A DNA stretch of 64,000 nt from Pseudomonadota bacterium (GCA_018261905.1 JAGTRU010000037.1:3949-67948); one strand, 5' to 3'; positions 11,155 to 21,416 are shown, numbered from the stretch's first letter. Made by a program: numbers and translations. Notes: generated from the sequence alone by a model not told the origin.

Positions 11155-11181
11155 AAAAAAGGGAAGGCGAAGCGCCTTCCC
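11155..11181. terminator. stem-loop between convergent phoD and the His-rich gene (likely bidirectional terminator)
   Basis: GGGAAGGCG-aag-CGCCTTCCC is a perfect 9-bp stem. An A6 run on the plus strand reads as a T-run on the minus strand. Confidence 0.6.
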
Positions 11182-11206
11182 TTGACCGATGGGCGCCCGG
11201 CGCCGC

Positions 11207-11887
11207 TCAATCGAGATAGTCGGAATATTCCTTCTGGGCGTAGCCCTGCAGCGTCGTCCATGGCGTCGTCGCCGGCGCACTCGTCTGGCGGACCCGCATC
11301 AGTTTGTGCCGCGTGCCGCTGGCGTTGCCGCTCTCGACCTGGCGCGGGAACTCGCCCGCGGCATCCCACGCGACGCGCACCGTCGTATCGGCCCGTTTGA
11401 GCTGATAGTTCTGCGCCTTGCCGGCGATCGGCTGCATCGTCTTCAGTTGCTTGGGATCAAGGAGATGCACGGCATTTTCCCAACTGCCATCAAAGCCGAC
11501 ATTGCCGTATTCCGCCGACGGCACGTTGATGACGACCTTGTCATGGGTATTGACCAATTTGATGCGGGCCAACTTGTCGGCATCCAGGGTAATCAGTTTG
11601 GCGGCGGCCGCCAGATCGAGATGCTTGTGCTCGTGATCGCCGTGCGCATGTTCGGCGGCATCGTGCGCCCCCGGCGGCAGGACGCGCTCGATCCAGACCA
11701 GGCCGGCGCGCCGATAAACGCGCTCGGCATAATGCAACTGGCGGGTCACCCCGTCCGACGTTTTTTCGGTGATCTCGTGCTCGACCAGCAGATTGACATC
11801 CGGCGCCGGCGCGGCGGCGGCCAGACTGCAGAATGCGGCGGCGAGCAGCCCGCCCAGACGGGGCAATGGGTTATTTGACATATTCAT
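11207..11887 (-). CDS. secreted hypothetical protein with histidine-rich loop
   Basis: Signal peptide (LGGLLAAAFCSLAAAAPA) and the His cluster HDAAEHAHGDHEHKH. I recognise no family. Start taken at MNMSNN (11887 or 11881), because the ORF-track start lies inside the upstream terminator. Confidence 0.6.
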   Translation of the reverse strand: MNMSNNPLPRLGGLLAAAFCSLAAAAPAPDVNLLVEHEITEKTSDGVTRQLHYAERVYRRAGLVWIERVLPPGAHDAAEHAHGDHEHKHLDLAAAAKLITLDADKLARIKLVNTHDKVVINVPSAEYGNVGFDGSWENAVHLLDPKQLKTMQPIAGKAQNYQLKRADTTVRVAWDAAGEFPRQVESGNASGTRHKLMRVRQTSAPATTPWTTLQGYAQKEYSDYLD

Positions 11888-11891
11888 TTCG

Positions 11892-11929
11892 TTAAAAATA
11901 AAAAGCGGCGGGTGCCGGGGCACCCGCCG
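11892..11929 (-). terminator. rho-independent terminator after the PhoA-type gene pair
   Basis: On the minus strand: CGGCGGGTGC-cccg-GCACCCGCCG followed by CTTTTTATTTTT. Confidence 0.75.
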
Positions 11930-11950
11930 AAAATGGTTCAGGCGTCTCGC

Positions 11951-13351
11951 TCAGAGACCGAGCGCGCTTTTCACCAGACCGAACACCTTGGTATTGACCA
12001 TCGTCCCCTTGAAGGTGGCATTGCCGGCCCCCGTGGACATCAACATGACGTCGCCGCCACCGTGCGTTTCCGAACCGGCGCTGCCCAGCACTACGCCGAC
12101 TTCCTGCAGGTAGTCGTCGGCCGCCGTATCGACGCTGGTCAGATCGTCACGCGTCGCCTTGCGCGGCCCGCCGCCGTTGCCGAACACCAACGCGGTGTAG
12201 GGCAGGCTGTCAGCCGCCTTGGCCAGGACGCGCTTGCCCTGGACCGTCGTCTGCGTGATGTCGGTAACCTTGCCGAGGATCGGGTTGCCCTTGTGCGAGT
12301 AACCGTTGATGGTCATCGTGTGGTCGTGGTCGGCGGTGACGACGATCAGGGTGTTTTTCAGGTCGGCCAGCGACAGGGCGCGCTTGATCGCATCGTCGAA
12401 GGCGATGGTGTCTTCGAGGGCGCGCTTGGCATTGGTGCCGTGCAGGGCATGGTCGATACGCCCGCCTTCGACCATCAGGAAATAGCCCTTGCTGTTCTTG
12501 CTGAGAATCTTGATGGCCTTTTCCGTCATGTCCGCCAGACTGGGTTCGTCCACGCTGTTCTTGACCCGGTCGAGCTCGTAGTTGAGGTGGTCGAGATTGA
12601 ACAGGCCGACCAGCTTGGAGGTCGTGGCCGGGTTGATGCTGTTGAACGCCGTGCCGGTATTGACGTAGGTATAGCCGGCCGTTTTGAGCAAGGCCGTCAG
12701 GTCCTGGCCGTCGGTCCGCTTGCCACCGGTCGTGGTCGTCGGGATGAAGAACTTCGAGCCGCCGCCGAGTAGCACGTCGACGCCGCTACCGAGGGCGCTG
12801 TTGAACTTGCCGCTGCCCGGCACGACCTGGGCGGCGATGTCGTTTTCGCCGTCGCGGTGACAGATATGGGCGTAGGTGGCGGCCGGCGTGGCGTGGGTGA
12901 TCCGCGTCGTGGTGACGGCACCGACCGCCTTGCCGGCGGCCTTGGAGAGTTCGAGCAGGGTGCTGACCGCCGTGCCGTTGCCGGTTGCCGGGCAGGTGCT
13001 GTTGGCCCCGCTGACATACGGCGTCGTGCCGTTGTAGGCCGAGGTATCGGCACTCATCGACAACACTTCGTTGTTCATCTTGACGCCGGTCATGTAGGCC
13101 GCCATCGACGGGGCGCTGTCGGTCGTCTGGGCATCCTTGGAATAGGTCTTGATGCGCGCCGTGCGCTTCAGGGCTTCCATGTTCAGGGCGCCGGCTTCGC
13201 CGTATTTGTAGATGCGGCTGGCGGTAATGGTGGTCGGCCCCATCCCGTCGCCGAGGAAGAAGATGACATTGCTGGCTTCGCCGGCCGCCAAGGCGGAGGT
13301 GGCACTGGCGAGGGCGGCGACAAGCGCACAGATCTTGAATTTGTTTTGCAT
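11951..13351 (-). CDS. PhoA-family alkaline phosphatase (Sec signal peptide)
   Basis: 466 aa. [11 protein letters not shown] and the active-site [15 protein letters not shown], with metal ligands ([15 protein letters not shown]). Signal peptide ends ALAAGE. Confidence 0.9.
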   Translation of the reverse strand: MQNKFKICALVAALASATSALAAGEASNVIFFLGDGMGPTTITASRIYKYGEAGALNMEALKRTARIKTYSKDAQTTDSAPSMAAYMTGVKMNNEVLSMSADTSAYNGTTPYVSGANSTCPATGNGTAVSTLLELSKAAGKAVGAVTTTRITHATPAATYAHICHRDGENDIAAQVVPGSGKFNSALGSGVDVLLGGGSKFFIPTTTTGGKRTDGQDLTALLKTAGYTYVNTGTAFNSINPATTSKLVGLFNLDHLNYELDRVKNSVDEPSLADMTEKAIKILSKNSKGYFLMVEGGRIDHALHGTNAKRALEDTIAFDDAIKRALSLADLKNTLIVVTADHDHTMTINGYSHKGNPILGKVTDITQTTVQGKRVLAKAADSLPYTALVFGNGGGPRKATRDDLTSVDTAADDYLQEVGVVLGSAGSETHGGGDVMLMSTGAGNATFKGTMVNTKVFGLVKSALGL

Positions 13352-13371
13352 GATTTTGCTCCTGAGTCGGC

Positions 13372-14796
13372 TTACAGACCGACCGACTGACGGATCAGGT
13401 TGAAGACTTCGGTGTTGGTGATGACGCCGGTGAATTTTTCCGAGCCGAGACCAATGGCACCGAGGAAGACGTCAGTACCGCCGTGCGTTTCGCTACCCGT
13501 CGCCATCGGAATAGCCGCTTCCTGGTGATAGGTCTTGTCGGAAACCTGGGCATCGGTCAGCGCCGTACGCGTTGCCGGACGGTTTTCGCCATTGCCGAAA
13601 CCGATGATGGTGAAAGGATTGCCACCGACATCGGTATTGGCCGCGCCGGTCACGAAGTTCTTGAGCAGGCCGAGCACACCGGGGTTGGTCGGCGTGGTGG
13701 CCCCGGTCCGCTGGGCGTAGCCGTTGAGAACCAGCGTGTGATCGTGGTCGGCAGTGACGACAATCAGGGTATTGGCCAGATTGACATCCTTGCTCTTCAT
13801 CTTGTCGATGGCGGCCTTGATCGCTTCGTCGAACGCGACGGTATCCTGCAGCGCCTTCTGGGCGGTGGTTTCGTGCAGGGCGTGGTCGATACGGCCCCCT
13901 TCGACCATCAGGAAAAAGCCCTTCGGGTTCTTGGCCAGGATATCGATGGCCTTGCTGGTCATTTCCGCCAGGCTGGGCTCGACGGTCGGATCGCGGTCGA
14001 TGTCGTAGCTCATGTGGCTGTTGGTGAACAGGCCGACCAGTTTGTTGGTCGTCGTTGCCGGGGCGGCGTCGAGCTGGGTCTTGTTGCTGACGTAGGTGTA
14101 GCCCTTGGCTTTCAGTTCGGCCGTCAGGTCGCGCCCGTCGGTCCGCTTGCCGCCAGCGGTGGTCGGCACGAAGAATTGTTTGCCGCCGCCGAGCAGGACG
14201 TCGACGCCGTCGCCCAGGGCGGTGTTGTAACCGGCGCCGCCGGGAACGGCCTGGGCGGCAATGGTGTTTTCGCCATCACGATGGCAGATGTGGGAATAGG
14301 TCGCCGCTGGCGTCGCGTGGGTGATCCGCGTCGTGGTCACGGCACCGGTGCCCCAACCCGCCGCCTTGGCCAGCTCGAGCAGGGTGGTAACCGCCGTGCC
14401 GTTGCCGCTGGCCGGACAGGTACTGTCGGTTCCGCTGAGGTAGCTCTTGCCGGTCGAGTCGAAGGCGGCGGTATCGGCCGTCATCGAAATGACTTCGTTG
14501 TTCATCTTGACGCCGGTCATGTAGGCGGCCATCGACGGCGCGCTATCGGTGACCTGGGCGTTGTTCGAATAGGTCTTGACGAAGGCGGTTTCCGGCAGCG
14601 TATCGATGGTCAGATCGCCATCCTCGCCGACCTTATAGATGCGGGTTGCGGTCAGGGTGTTGATGCCCATACCGTCGCCGAGGAAAAAGATGACATTCTT
14701 GGGAGCGGCCGCCGTACTGTTGCCACCACTATTCCCCAAACAGCCGGCCAGCAACGAAGTGCAGGCAACGGCGATTAACGCAGACCGAAAATACAT
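13372..14796 (-). CDS. PhoA-family alkaline phosphatase (lipoprotein signal), tandem paralogue
   Basis: 474 aa with the same motif set ([41 protein letters not shown]). Lipobox LLAGC. AGGAG SD 8 nt before the ATG. Only 20 nt separates it from the downstream paralogue. Confidence 0.9.
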   Translation of the reverse strand: MYFRSALIAVACTSLLAGCLGNSGGNSTAAAPKNVIFFLGDGMGINTLTATRIYKVGEDGDLTIDTLPETAFVKTYSNNAQVTDSAPSMAAYMTGVKMNNEVISMTADTAAFDSTGKSYLSGTDSTCPASGNGTAVTTLLELAKAAGWGTGAVTTTRITHATPAATYSHICHRDGENTIAAQAVPGGAGYNTALGDGVDVLLGGGKQFFVPTTAGGKRTDGRDLTAELKAKGYTYVSNKTQLDAAPATTTNKLVGLFTNSHMSYDIDRDPTVEPSLAEMTSKAIDILAKNPKGFFLMVEGGRIDHALHETTAQKALQDTVAFDEAIKAAIDKMKSKDVNLANTLIVVTADHDHTLVLNGYAQRTGATTPTNPGVLGLLKNFVTGAANTDVGGNPFTIIGFGNGENRPATRTALTDAQVSDKTYHQEAAIPMATGSETHGGTDVFLGAIGLGSEKFTGVITNTEVFNLIRQSVGL

Positions 14797-14849
14797 GAGA
14801 GAAGCTCCTGAGATTATTCCAAAGACGGGCGCTACGATGCCATGGCCAA

Positions 14850-14867
14850 ATTGCAGGCTCGTGACAG
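14850..14867 (-). promoter_or_regulatory. candidate Pho box upstream of the PhoA-type operon
   Basis: The minus strand reads CTGTCAC-GAGC-CTGCAAT: two 7-mers at 11-bp phasing, 6/7 and 5/7 matches to CTGTCAT. It ends 54 nt upstream of the start codon. No convincing -10 follows. Confidence 0.25.
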
Positions 14868-15085
14868 GGACATCTCAATTTCCCGCCGGCCGATTCGCTT
14901 CCCCCGGCCAAACAGCGGATGCCATTTGCCGCTGCCGGCAAAGCGGCAAATGGACAAAAGGCCCCGCTTACCGAACAAAAGCTGCCAAAACAACTGTCAG
15001 CAACCTTGTCCCCTCCCCCCTAAATCGGCGAAAATTCAGGGTTCCAGGCATTTGCCCGCCGCCACACCCTTTCCAAGGATTTTTC

Positions 15086-16591
15086 ATGTCCAACGCCGAA
15101 CAGCAAGCCCCGGTCCAGCCAGACGAAAACCAGCTCATCGCCGAGCGTCGCGCCAAACTGGCCGAGTGGCGCAAGAGCGGTGCCGCCTTCCCGAACGACT
15201 TCCAGCGCGAGAACACCGCCGCCAAGCTGCATGAAGGCTACGGCGAGAAATCGGCAGAAGAACTCGAAGGCATGCCGGTCGAGGTCAAGGTCGCCGGCCG
15301 CATGATGTTGAAGCGCGTCATGGGCAAGGCCTCGTTTGCCACCATCCAGGACGTTTCCGGCCGTATCCAGCTCTACGTCGCGCGCGACAAGGTCGGCGAA
15401 GATGTTTATGCCGCCTTCAAGGGCTGGGACCTCGGCGATATCGTCGGTGTCGTCGGTACGCTGATGAAGACCAAGACCGGCGAACTGTCCATCCAGGCGG
15501 CCGAAATCCGCCTGCTGACCAAGTCGCTGCGCCCGCTGCCGGACAAGTTCCACGGCCTGGCCGACCAGGAAATGAAGTATCGCCAGCGCTACGTCGACCT
15601 GATCATGAACGAGGAAACGCGCTTTACCTTCCGCGCCCGTTCGGCCATCGTCTCGTCGATCCGCAATTACATGACCGGCCACGGCTTCATGGAAGTCGAA
15701 ACGCCGATGATGCACCCGATCCCCGGCGGCGCCTCGGCCAAGCCCTTCGTCACGCACCACAACGCACTCGACATGCAGCAGTTCCTGCGCATCGCCCCGG
15801 AGTTGTACCTCAAGCGTCTGGTGGTTGGCGGTTTCGAGAAGGTGTTCGAAATCAACCGCAATTTCCGCAACGAAGGTTTGAGCCCGCGTCACAATCCCGA
15901 ATTCACCATGATGGAGTTCTACGAGGCGTATGCGAATTACCACACGCTGATGGACTTCACCGAAGGCCTGCTGCGTCACGCGGCGCGCGAGGCGCTGGGC
16001 AAGGAAGTGTTCATCTACCAGGGCCGCGAACTCGACCTCTCCAAGCCTTTCCATCGTCTGACCATCAATCAGGCCATCCAGCGCGAACAGCCAGGCTTCA
16101 CCGATGCCGAGCTGGCCGATGCCGAATTCCTCAAGGCCAAGATCAACGCCTTTGGCGAGAAGGTCAAGCCGGGCGGTCTGGGCAGCCTGCAACTGCAACT
16201 GTTCGAAGCCTGCGCCGAAGCCCAGTGCTGGGAACCGACCTTCATCATCGACTACCCGGTCGAAGTCTCGCCGCTGGCGCGTGCCTCCGATACCAATCCG
16301 GAAATTACCGAGCGCTTCGAGTTGTTCATCGTTGGGCGAGAGATTGCCAATGGCTTCTCTGAATTGAATGACGCCGAAGACCAGGCGGCGCGCTTCCATG
16401 AGCAGATGAAGGCCAAGGATGCCGGCGATGAAGAGGCGATGTATTACGACGCCGACTTCATCCGCGCGCTGGAATACGGGCTGCCGCCGACCGGCGGGTG
16501 TGGCATCGGGATTGATCGGCTGATCATGCTGTTGACGGATGCCGCCGCCATCCGTGATGTGATCCTCTTCCCCTCCATGCGTCCCGAGTAA
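15086..16591 (+). CDS. lysS: lysine--tRNA ligase (class II)
   Basis: 501 aa from [27 protein letters not shown]-fold region followed by class II motifs ([34 protein letters not shown]). The 5' extension in the ORF track overlaps the phosphatase gene and is rejected. Confidence 0.95.
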   Translation: MSNAEQQAPVQPDENQLIAERRAKLAEWRKSGAAFPNDFQRENTAAKLHEGYGEKSAEELEGMPVEVKVAGRMMLKRVMGKASFATIQDVSGRIQLYVARDKVGEDVYAAFKGWDLGDIVGVVGTLMKTKTGELSIQAAEIRLLTKSLRPLPDKFHGLADQEMKYRQRYVDLIMNEETRFTFRARSAIVSSIRNYMTGHGFMEVETPMMHPIPGGASAKPFVTHHNALDMQQFLRIAPELYLKRLVVGGFEKVFEINRNFRNEGLSPRHNPEFTMMEFYEAYANYHTLMDFTEGLLRHAAREALGKEVFIYQGRELDLSKPFHRLTINQAIQREQPGFTDAELADAEFLKAKINAFGEKVKPGGLGSLQLQLFEACAEAQCWEPTFIIDYPVEVSPLARASDTNPEITERFELFIVGREIANGFSELNDAEDQAARFHEQMKAKDAGDEEAMYYDADFIRALEYGLPPTGGCGIGIDRLIMLLTDAAAIRDVILFPSMRPE

Positions 16592-16715
16592 GCATGGCTG
16601 CGCTTGCCAGCACAGCGTTGCGGCGAACCTTGCATAGAAAAGCTATGCGGCGGTCCGCCGCGCCTTGTTCTGGCGGCGCTCGCTCATGCTTCGGTGCCTT
16701 CGAGACGAAACACTG

Positions 16716-17210
16716 ATGTCCGTCCGCCAACTGCAAGTTGCCAACGACAGCGTCCAGGACCGGCTGGTTTTGCGCATTGCGACGGAGGGCAATGAAGAAA
16801 TCCGTATTTTTTTGACCCGGCGTTTTTTGCGGGAGATCTGGCCGCATTTGAGTCGGGCCCTGCTCGAACAGCTCGATGCCCCGCCGCCATTCGCCGCTCA
16901 TGGCGAGGCCGGCGGCGAGGCGGCCAGTTTCGAGCCGGCCTTTCGCGAGGACAACCCGCGCTATCCGCTGGGCAGCAAACCTTTGCTCGCCTCCGAGGCG
17001 ACTTTCGAAAAGACCGGCGACGACCTGCTCCGCGTCAGCTTTCGCGAAGCTCGGGAGCGCAGTTTCAGCCTGAATCTCAACCCGGAACTATTGCAGGCCT
17101 TGTGCGCCATGCTGCGCGCCGCCGCCGAACAAGCCCATTGGGATCTGGCGCTCGACTACGACATGCCCGCCCCGCCGCACCACGCCACCGGCAAACCGCT
17201 GCTCCATTAG
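16716..17210 (+). CDS. hypothetical protein (two similar ~60-aa halves)
   Basis: 164 aa from MSVRQLQV. No family recognised. Its TAG stop overlaps the GTG start of mnmC by 1 nt. The start codon is uncertain and the SD is weak. Confidence 0.5.
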   Translation: MSVRQLQVANDSVQDRLVLRIATEGNEEIRIFLTRRFLREIWPHLSRALLEQLDAPPPFAAHGEAGGEAASFEPAFREDNPRYPLGSKPLLASEATFEKTGDDLLRVSFREARERSFSLNLNPELLQALCAMLRAAAEQAHWDLALDYDMPAPPHHATGKPLLH

Positions 17211-19120
17211 TGGACAAGCTGCAGCCTGCCCATCTCGAATTTGCCCCGGACGGCACGCCGTTCTCCACCGCCTACGGCGATGTCTACCACTCCGCGCATG
17301 GCGGCCCCGAGCAGGCAAGGCATGTCTTCCTGGCCGGCAACGACCTGCCGCAACGCTGGCAGGGCAAGGATCGCTTCGTCATCCTCGAGACCGGCTTCGG
17401 CCTCGGCCTCAATTTCCTGGCCACCTGGCAAGCCTGGCAAAACGATGCGCGGCGTTGCCGCCGCCTGCATTTCGTTTCCTTCGAAAAGCACCCGTTCACC
17501 GCCGCCGATCTCGCCGTCGCGCAACAAGCCTGGCCGGAATTCGCCGAGCTCGCCAGCGAGTTGCAGAAACACTGGCCGCTGCTGACGCCCGGCGTGCATC
17601 GCCTGCATCTCGCCGGCGGCGACGTCATCCTAACTCTCTTCTTCGGCGATGCAACGACGCAACTGCGCAGCGTCAACGCCGCCGTCGACGCCTTTTTCCT
17701 CGACGGCTTTTCGCCGGCCAAGAACCCAGAACTATGGTCACCACCACTGTGCAAGGCGCTGGCCAGGCTGTCCTCCGAAGGCACGACATTGGCCACCTGG
17801 TGTGTTGCCGGGCAGGTGCGTCAGGCGCTGAGCGAGGCCGAGTTCGACCTGAAAAAACGCCCGGGCTTCGCCGCCAAGTGGCAGATGCTGACCGGCCGTT
17901 TCCGCTCGCGCCGACCGAACCGCCACCCGGCGCCGAGCGAGCGCCGGGCCATCATCATCGGCGCCGGCATCGCCGGCAGCGCCACGGCCTACGCCCTGGC
18001 CGCCGCCGGCTGGCAGGTCACCGTCCTCGAACAGGCCGCGACACCGGCCAGCGGCGCTTCCAGCAACCTGGCCGGGATGCTGCGTCCGCTGCCCAGCGTC
18101 GACGACAACCGCATCTCCCGGCTGACCCGGGCCGGGTTCCTGGCCAGCCGCGCCTTGCTGGCCGCCCTCCCCGCCGCCCGCTGGTCGCCCTGCGGGGTGC
18201 TGCACCTCGGGCGCGATACCGAACATCTGGCACAGCAGCGCAAGGCCGTCGAACAACTCGCTCTGCCGCCCGAATTGCTGCAATTCGTCGACCGGGAAAA
18301 AGCCGGCGAACTAGCCGGTCGACCGCTCGCTATCGGTGGCTGGTGGTTCCCGCAAGGCGGCTGGGTGCAACCGCCCTCGGTCTGCCGCGCTGCGCTGGCC
18401 GCCTTTCCGCAGCGCATCACCCTGCGCTGCAACACCCCGGTCGAAAGCATCGCCAGAAGCGGCGACCACTGGCAGGCCCTCGGCCGAGCCGGCGAAATCC
18501 TCGCCGCAGCACCGGTTCTGATCATGGCCAGCGGCGCCACCGCCACCCGCTTTGCCCAATTTTCCTGGCTGCCGCAACGCCCGGCCCGCGGCCAGGTCAG
18601 CCACCTGCCGGCCGATGCGACCCCGCCGCTCGATATCGTCGTCTGCCGCCAGGGCGGCTATGCCATGCCCGAGGTCGACGGACTGCGCCTGATCGGCGCC
18701 ACCAGCCAGCTCAATGATGCCGATCCGGCCGAGCGCCTGGCCGACCATATCGAGAATCTGGACAAGCTCGAATTCAACCTGCCCGGCTTCGGTCAGGCCA
18801 TCGACCCGGCTACCCTGCGCGGCCGCGTCGGTTTTCGGCCGATGTCGCCGGATCGCCTGCCGATCGTCGGCCCGCTGCCCGACCCCGGTTTTTCCGGCAC
18901 GCCACGCCTGCACGCCCTGCCCCGCCAGTCCGGCCTGTGGTGCGTGCTGGGATTCGGGGCGCGCGGCATCGTCTGGTCGGCCCTGATGGCCGATCTGTTG
19001 CTGAGTCAGTTGGAGGGCGAGCCCCTGCCGCTCGAAAACGATCTGGTCGACGCCCTCGACCCGGGGCGTTTTCTGCTCGGCAACGAGCCCGCCGCCAATA
19101 GTTTTGAGCCAATAAGCTAA
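17210..19120 (+). CDS. mnmC: bifunctional tRNA 5-methylaminomethyl-2-thiouridine biosynthesis protein MnmC
   Basis: N-terminal methyltransferase part ([31 protein letters not shown]) plus a C-terminal FAD oxidoreductase part ([17 protein letters not shown]). GTG start chosen at [11 protein letters not shown]. Confidence 0.9.
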   Translation: MDKLQPAHLEFAPDGTPFSTAYGDVYHSAHGGPEQARHVFLAGNDLPQRWQGKDRFVILETGFGLGLNFLATWQAWQNDARRCRRLHFVSFEKHPFTAADLAVAQQAWPEFAELASELQKHWPLLTPGVHRLHLAGGDVILTLFFGDATTQLRSVNAAVDAFFLDGFSPAKNPELWSPPLCKALARLSSEGTTLATWCVAGQVRQALSEAEFDLKKRPGFAAKWQMLTGRFRSRRPNRHPAPSERRAIIIGAGIAGSATAYALAAAGWQVTVLEQAATPASGASSNLAGMLRPLPSVDDNRISRLTRAGFLASRALLAALPAARWSPCGVLHLGRDTEHLAQQRKAVEQLALPPELLQFVDREKAGELAGRPLAIGGWWFPQGGWVQPPSVCRAALAAFPQRITLRCNTPVESIARSGDHWQALGRAGEILAAAPVLIMASGATATRFAQFSWLPQRPARGQVSHLPADATPPLDIVVCRQGGYAMPEVDGLRLIGATSQLNDADPAERLADHIENLDKLEFNLPGFGQAIDPATLRGRVGFRPMSPDRLPIVGPLPDPGFSGTPRLHALPRQSGLWCVLGFGARGIVWSALMADLLLSQLEGEPLPLENDLVDALDPGRFLLGNEPAANSFEPIS

Positions 19121-19204
19121 TGCGGATTGCTTCTAAGCCGCCCGGCGAGGCAATGCTAAGATCATCGCGCTTACGTTAACGTCAACCTTCGAGGAGTGAG
19201 AACA

Positions 19205-20476
19205 ATGAAAATCGAAACCCTGGCCGTCCATGCCGGCTATTCCCCCGACCCGACCACCAAGGCGGTCGCCGTGCCGATCTACCAGACGACGTCCTACGCT
19301 TTCGACAGCACCCAGCACGGGGCCGACTTGTTCGATCTGAAGGTCGCCGGCAACATCTACACGCGCATCATGAACCCGACCCAGGATGTGCTGGAAAAGC
19401 GCATCGCCGCGATGGAAGGCGGCATCGCCGGCCTCGCCCTGGCTTCCGGCCAGGCCGCCATCACCTACGCCATCCAGACCATTGCCGAAGCCGGCGACAA
19501 CATCGTTTCGGCCGCCACCCTGTACGGCGGCACCTATAACCTGTTCGCCCACACCTTCCCGCAATACGGCATCGACGTCCGTTTTGCCGATTACCGCGAC
19601 CCCGACGCTTTCGAGAAGCTGATCGATGCCAAGACCAAGGCCATCTATTGCGAATCCGTCGGCAACCCGCTGGGCAACATTACCGACTTCGAAAAGCTGG
19701 CCGAGATCGCCCACCGCCACGGCGTACCGCTGATCGTCGACAACACCGTACCGTCGCCCTACCTGACCCGACCGATCGAGCACGGCGCCGATATCGTCGT
19801 TCATTCGCTGACCAAGTACATCGGCGGCCATGGCAATTCGATTGGCGGCATCATCGTCGATAGCGGCAAGTTCCCGTGGGCCGAACACAAGCAGAAATTC
19901 AAGCGCCTCAACGAGCCGGACGTTTCCTACCACGGCGTCGTCTACACCGAAGCCCTCGGCCCCGCCGCCTTCATCGGCCGCGCCCGCGTCGTGCCGCTGC
20001 GCAACATGGGCGCCGCGATCAGCCCGTTCAACGCCTTCCTGATCCTGCAGGGCTGCGAAACGCTGGCCCTGCGCATGGACCGCATCTGTGACAACACCCT
20101 GGCCGTGGCCAAGTTCCTGCAAAAGCACCCGAAGGTGAACTGGGTCAACTACGCCGGCCTGCCCGACCACAAGGACCACGCGCTGGTCCAGAAATACATG
20201 GGCGGCAAGGCGTCCGGCATCCTGACCTTCGGCGTCAAGGGCGGTCTGGAAGGGGGCGGCAAGTTCCAGGACGCGCTGCAGTTGTTCACCCGCCTGGTCA
20301 ATATCGGCGACGCCAAGTCGCTGGCCTGCCACCCGGCCTCGACGACCCACCGCCAACTCTCCCCGGCCGAACTGGTCAAGGCCGGCGTCTCGGAAGACAT
20401 GATCCGCTTGTCGGTCGGTATTGAGCACATCGACGACCTGCTGGCTGACCTGGAGCAGGCCCTGAACGCGGCTTGA
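19205..20476 (+). CDS. metY: O-acetylhomoserine aminocarboxypropyltransferase/sulfhydrylase (PLP-dependent)
   Basis: MKIETLAVHAGYSPDPTT..., IYTRIMNPT, and the PLP-lysine region HSLTKYIGGHG. GAGGAG SD 8 nt upstream of the ATG at 19205. Confidence 0.9.
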   Translation: MKIETLAVHAGYSPDPTTKAVAVPIYQTTSYAFDSTQHGADLFDLKVAGNIYTRIMNPTQDVLEKRIAAMEGGIAGLALASGQAAITYAIQTIAEAGDNIVSAATLYGGTYNLFAHTFPQYGIDVRFADYRDPDAFEKLIDAKTKAIYCESVGNPLGNITDFEKLAEIAHRHGVPLIVDNTVPSPYLTRPIEHGADIVVHSLTKYIGGHGNSIGGIIVDSGKFPWAEHKQKFKRLNEPDVSYHGVVYTEALGPAAFIGRARVVPLRNMGAAISPFNAFLILQGCETLALRMDRICDNTLAVAKFLQKHPKVNWVNYAGLPDHKDHALVQKYMGGKASGILTFGVKGGLEGGGKFQDALQLFTRLVNIGDAKSLACHPASTTHRQLSPAELVKAGVSEDMIRLSVGIEHIDDLLADLEQALNAA

Positions 20477-20498
20477 GCGAGAAAACTCCGAATTCACC

Positions 20499-20525
20499 AA
20501 CCCGGCCCGGTGCCGGGTTTTTTAT
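20499..20525 (+). terminator. rho-independent terminator of metY
   Basis: AACCCGGC-ccggt-GCCGGGTT followed by TTTTT. Confidence 0.8.
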
Positions 20526-20735
20526 GCCTTTGTCATCGCTAAATTTCACCAATAAGCAATCAATTCAACAATTTATAAAACGCCGCAAGCGAAGCAACGA
20601 ATTCACTAATTAAAGAACAAATTATTGATCTGGATCAGAAGTTCGCTTTTTCCATCCCCAGAGAATAGCGCCCGACAACGTCGGAGATGCGTCTCACGAC
20701 GGCAAATAATTACATAACCCAAAAGGAAAAGCGCA

Positions 20736-21392
20736 ATGCAACAACCCATCAACGAAACCAAAATCGTCATGTCCGATCCGACCGCGCTTGGCGTCTTCGG
20801 GCTGGCCATGGTTACCTTTGTCGCCGCTTCGGCCAAGATGGGCTGGACCAGCGGCGTCGCCTACATCATTCCCTGGGCCCTGTTCCTCGGTTCCGCCGCC
20901 CAGATCTGGGCCTCGATGGTGGATTTCAAGAAAAACAATTATTTCGGCTCCATCGTCCTCGGTGCCTACGGCCTGTTCTGGATCGCCGTCGCCATGCACT
21001 GGGCGATCAGCCTGGGCTGGCTCGGCGCCATCGGCGACAAGGCCGATCCGAAGCAACTGGCCTTTGCCTGTATCGGTTACTTCATTTTCTCGATCTTCAT
21101 CATGATCGCCGCCTTTGAAGCCAACAAGGTATTTGCCGCCATCCTGGTGCTGATCAACGTGCTGCTGCCGTCGCTGGCCTTGTCCATCCTCGGCATCAAT
21201 GCACCGCTGTTCGGCGCCCTGGCCGCCTGGTCGGAACTGGGAATTTCGCTGCTCGGCTTCTATGCCGCCGGCGCCGTCTTCCTCAACAATTTCTTCGGCC
21301 GCACCGTGCTCTCGCTCGGCGCCCCCCTCGGCCTGATCGCCAAGGGCCCCGCTCCGGCAAGCAAGCCGCAAATCGTCAAGGTCGCCGCCTGA
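20736..21392 (+). CDS. satP: GPR1/FUN34/YaaH-family acetate/succinate channel
   Basis: 218 aa with six predicted TM helices. N-terminal DPTALGVFGLAMVTFV matches the family NPxxLGLxGF-type motif. AAGGAAAA SD. Confidence 0.75.
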   Translation: MQQPINETKIVMSDPTALGVFGLAMVTFVAASAKMGWTSGVAYIIPWALFLGSAAQIWASMVDFKKNNYFGSIVLGAYGLFWIAVAMHWAISLGWLGAIGDKADPKQLAFACIGYFIFSIFIMIAAFEANKVFAAILVLINVLLPSLALSILGINAPLFGALAAWSELGISLLGFYAAGAVFLNNFFGRTVLSLGAPLGLIAKGPAPASKPQIVKVAA

Positions 21393-21416
21393 GTTTCTGG
21401 CAGCACGCAGCACGGA

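Noticed and set aside
14639-15085. 149-aa N-terminal extension of lysS in the ORF track.
   Set aside because: It overlaps the phosphatase gene and the promoter region and has no LysRS homology. MSNAEQQ at 15086 aligns with normal LysS N-termini.
19121-19204. Possible SAM riboswitch or leader upstream of metY, including the ACGTTAACGT palindrome at 19173-19182.
   Set aside because: The spacer is only ~85 nt, and I could not recognise SAM-II, SAM-V or SAM/SAH core sequences. The palindrome alone is insufficient.
20606-20836. 76-aa minus-strand ORF overlapping the start of the YaaH/SatP-type gene.
   Set aside because: It is antisense to a well-supported membrane protein gene and runs into its promoter region. 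It has no supporting signals.
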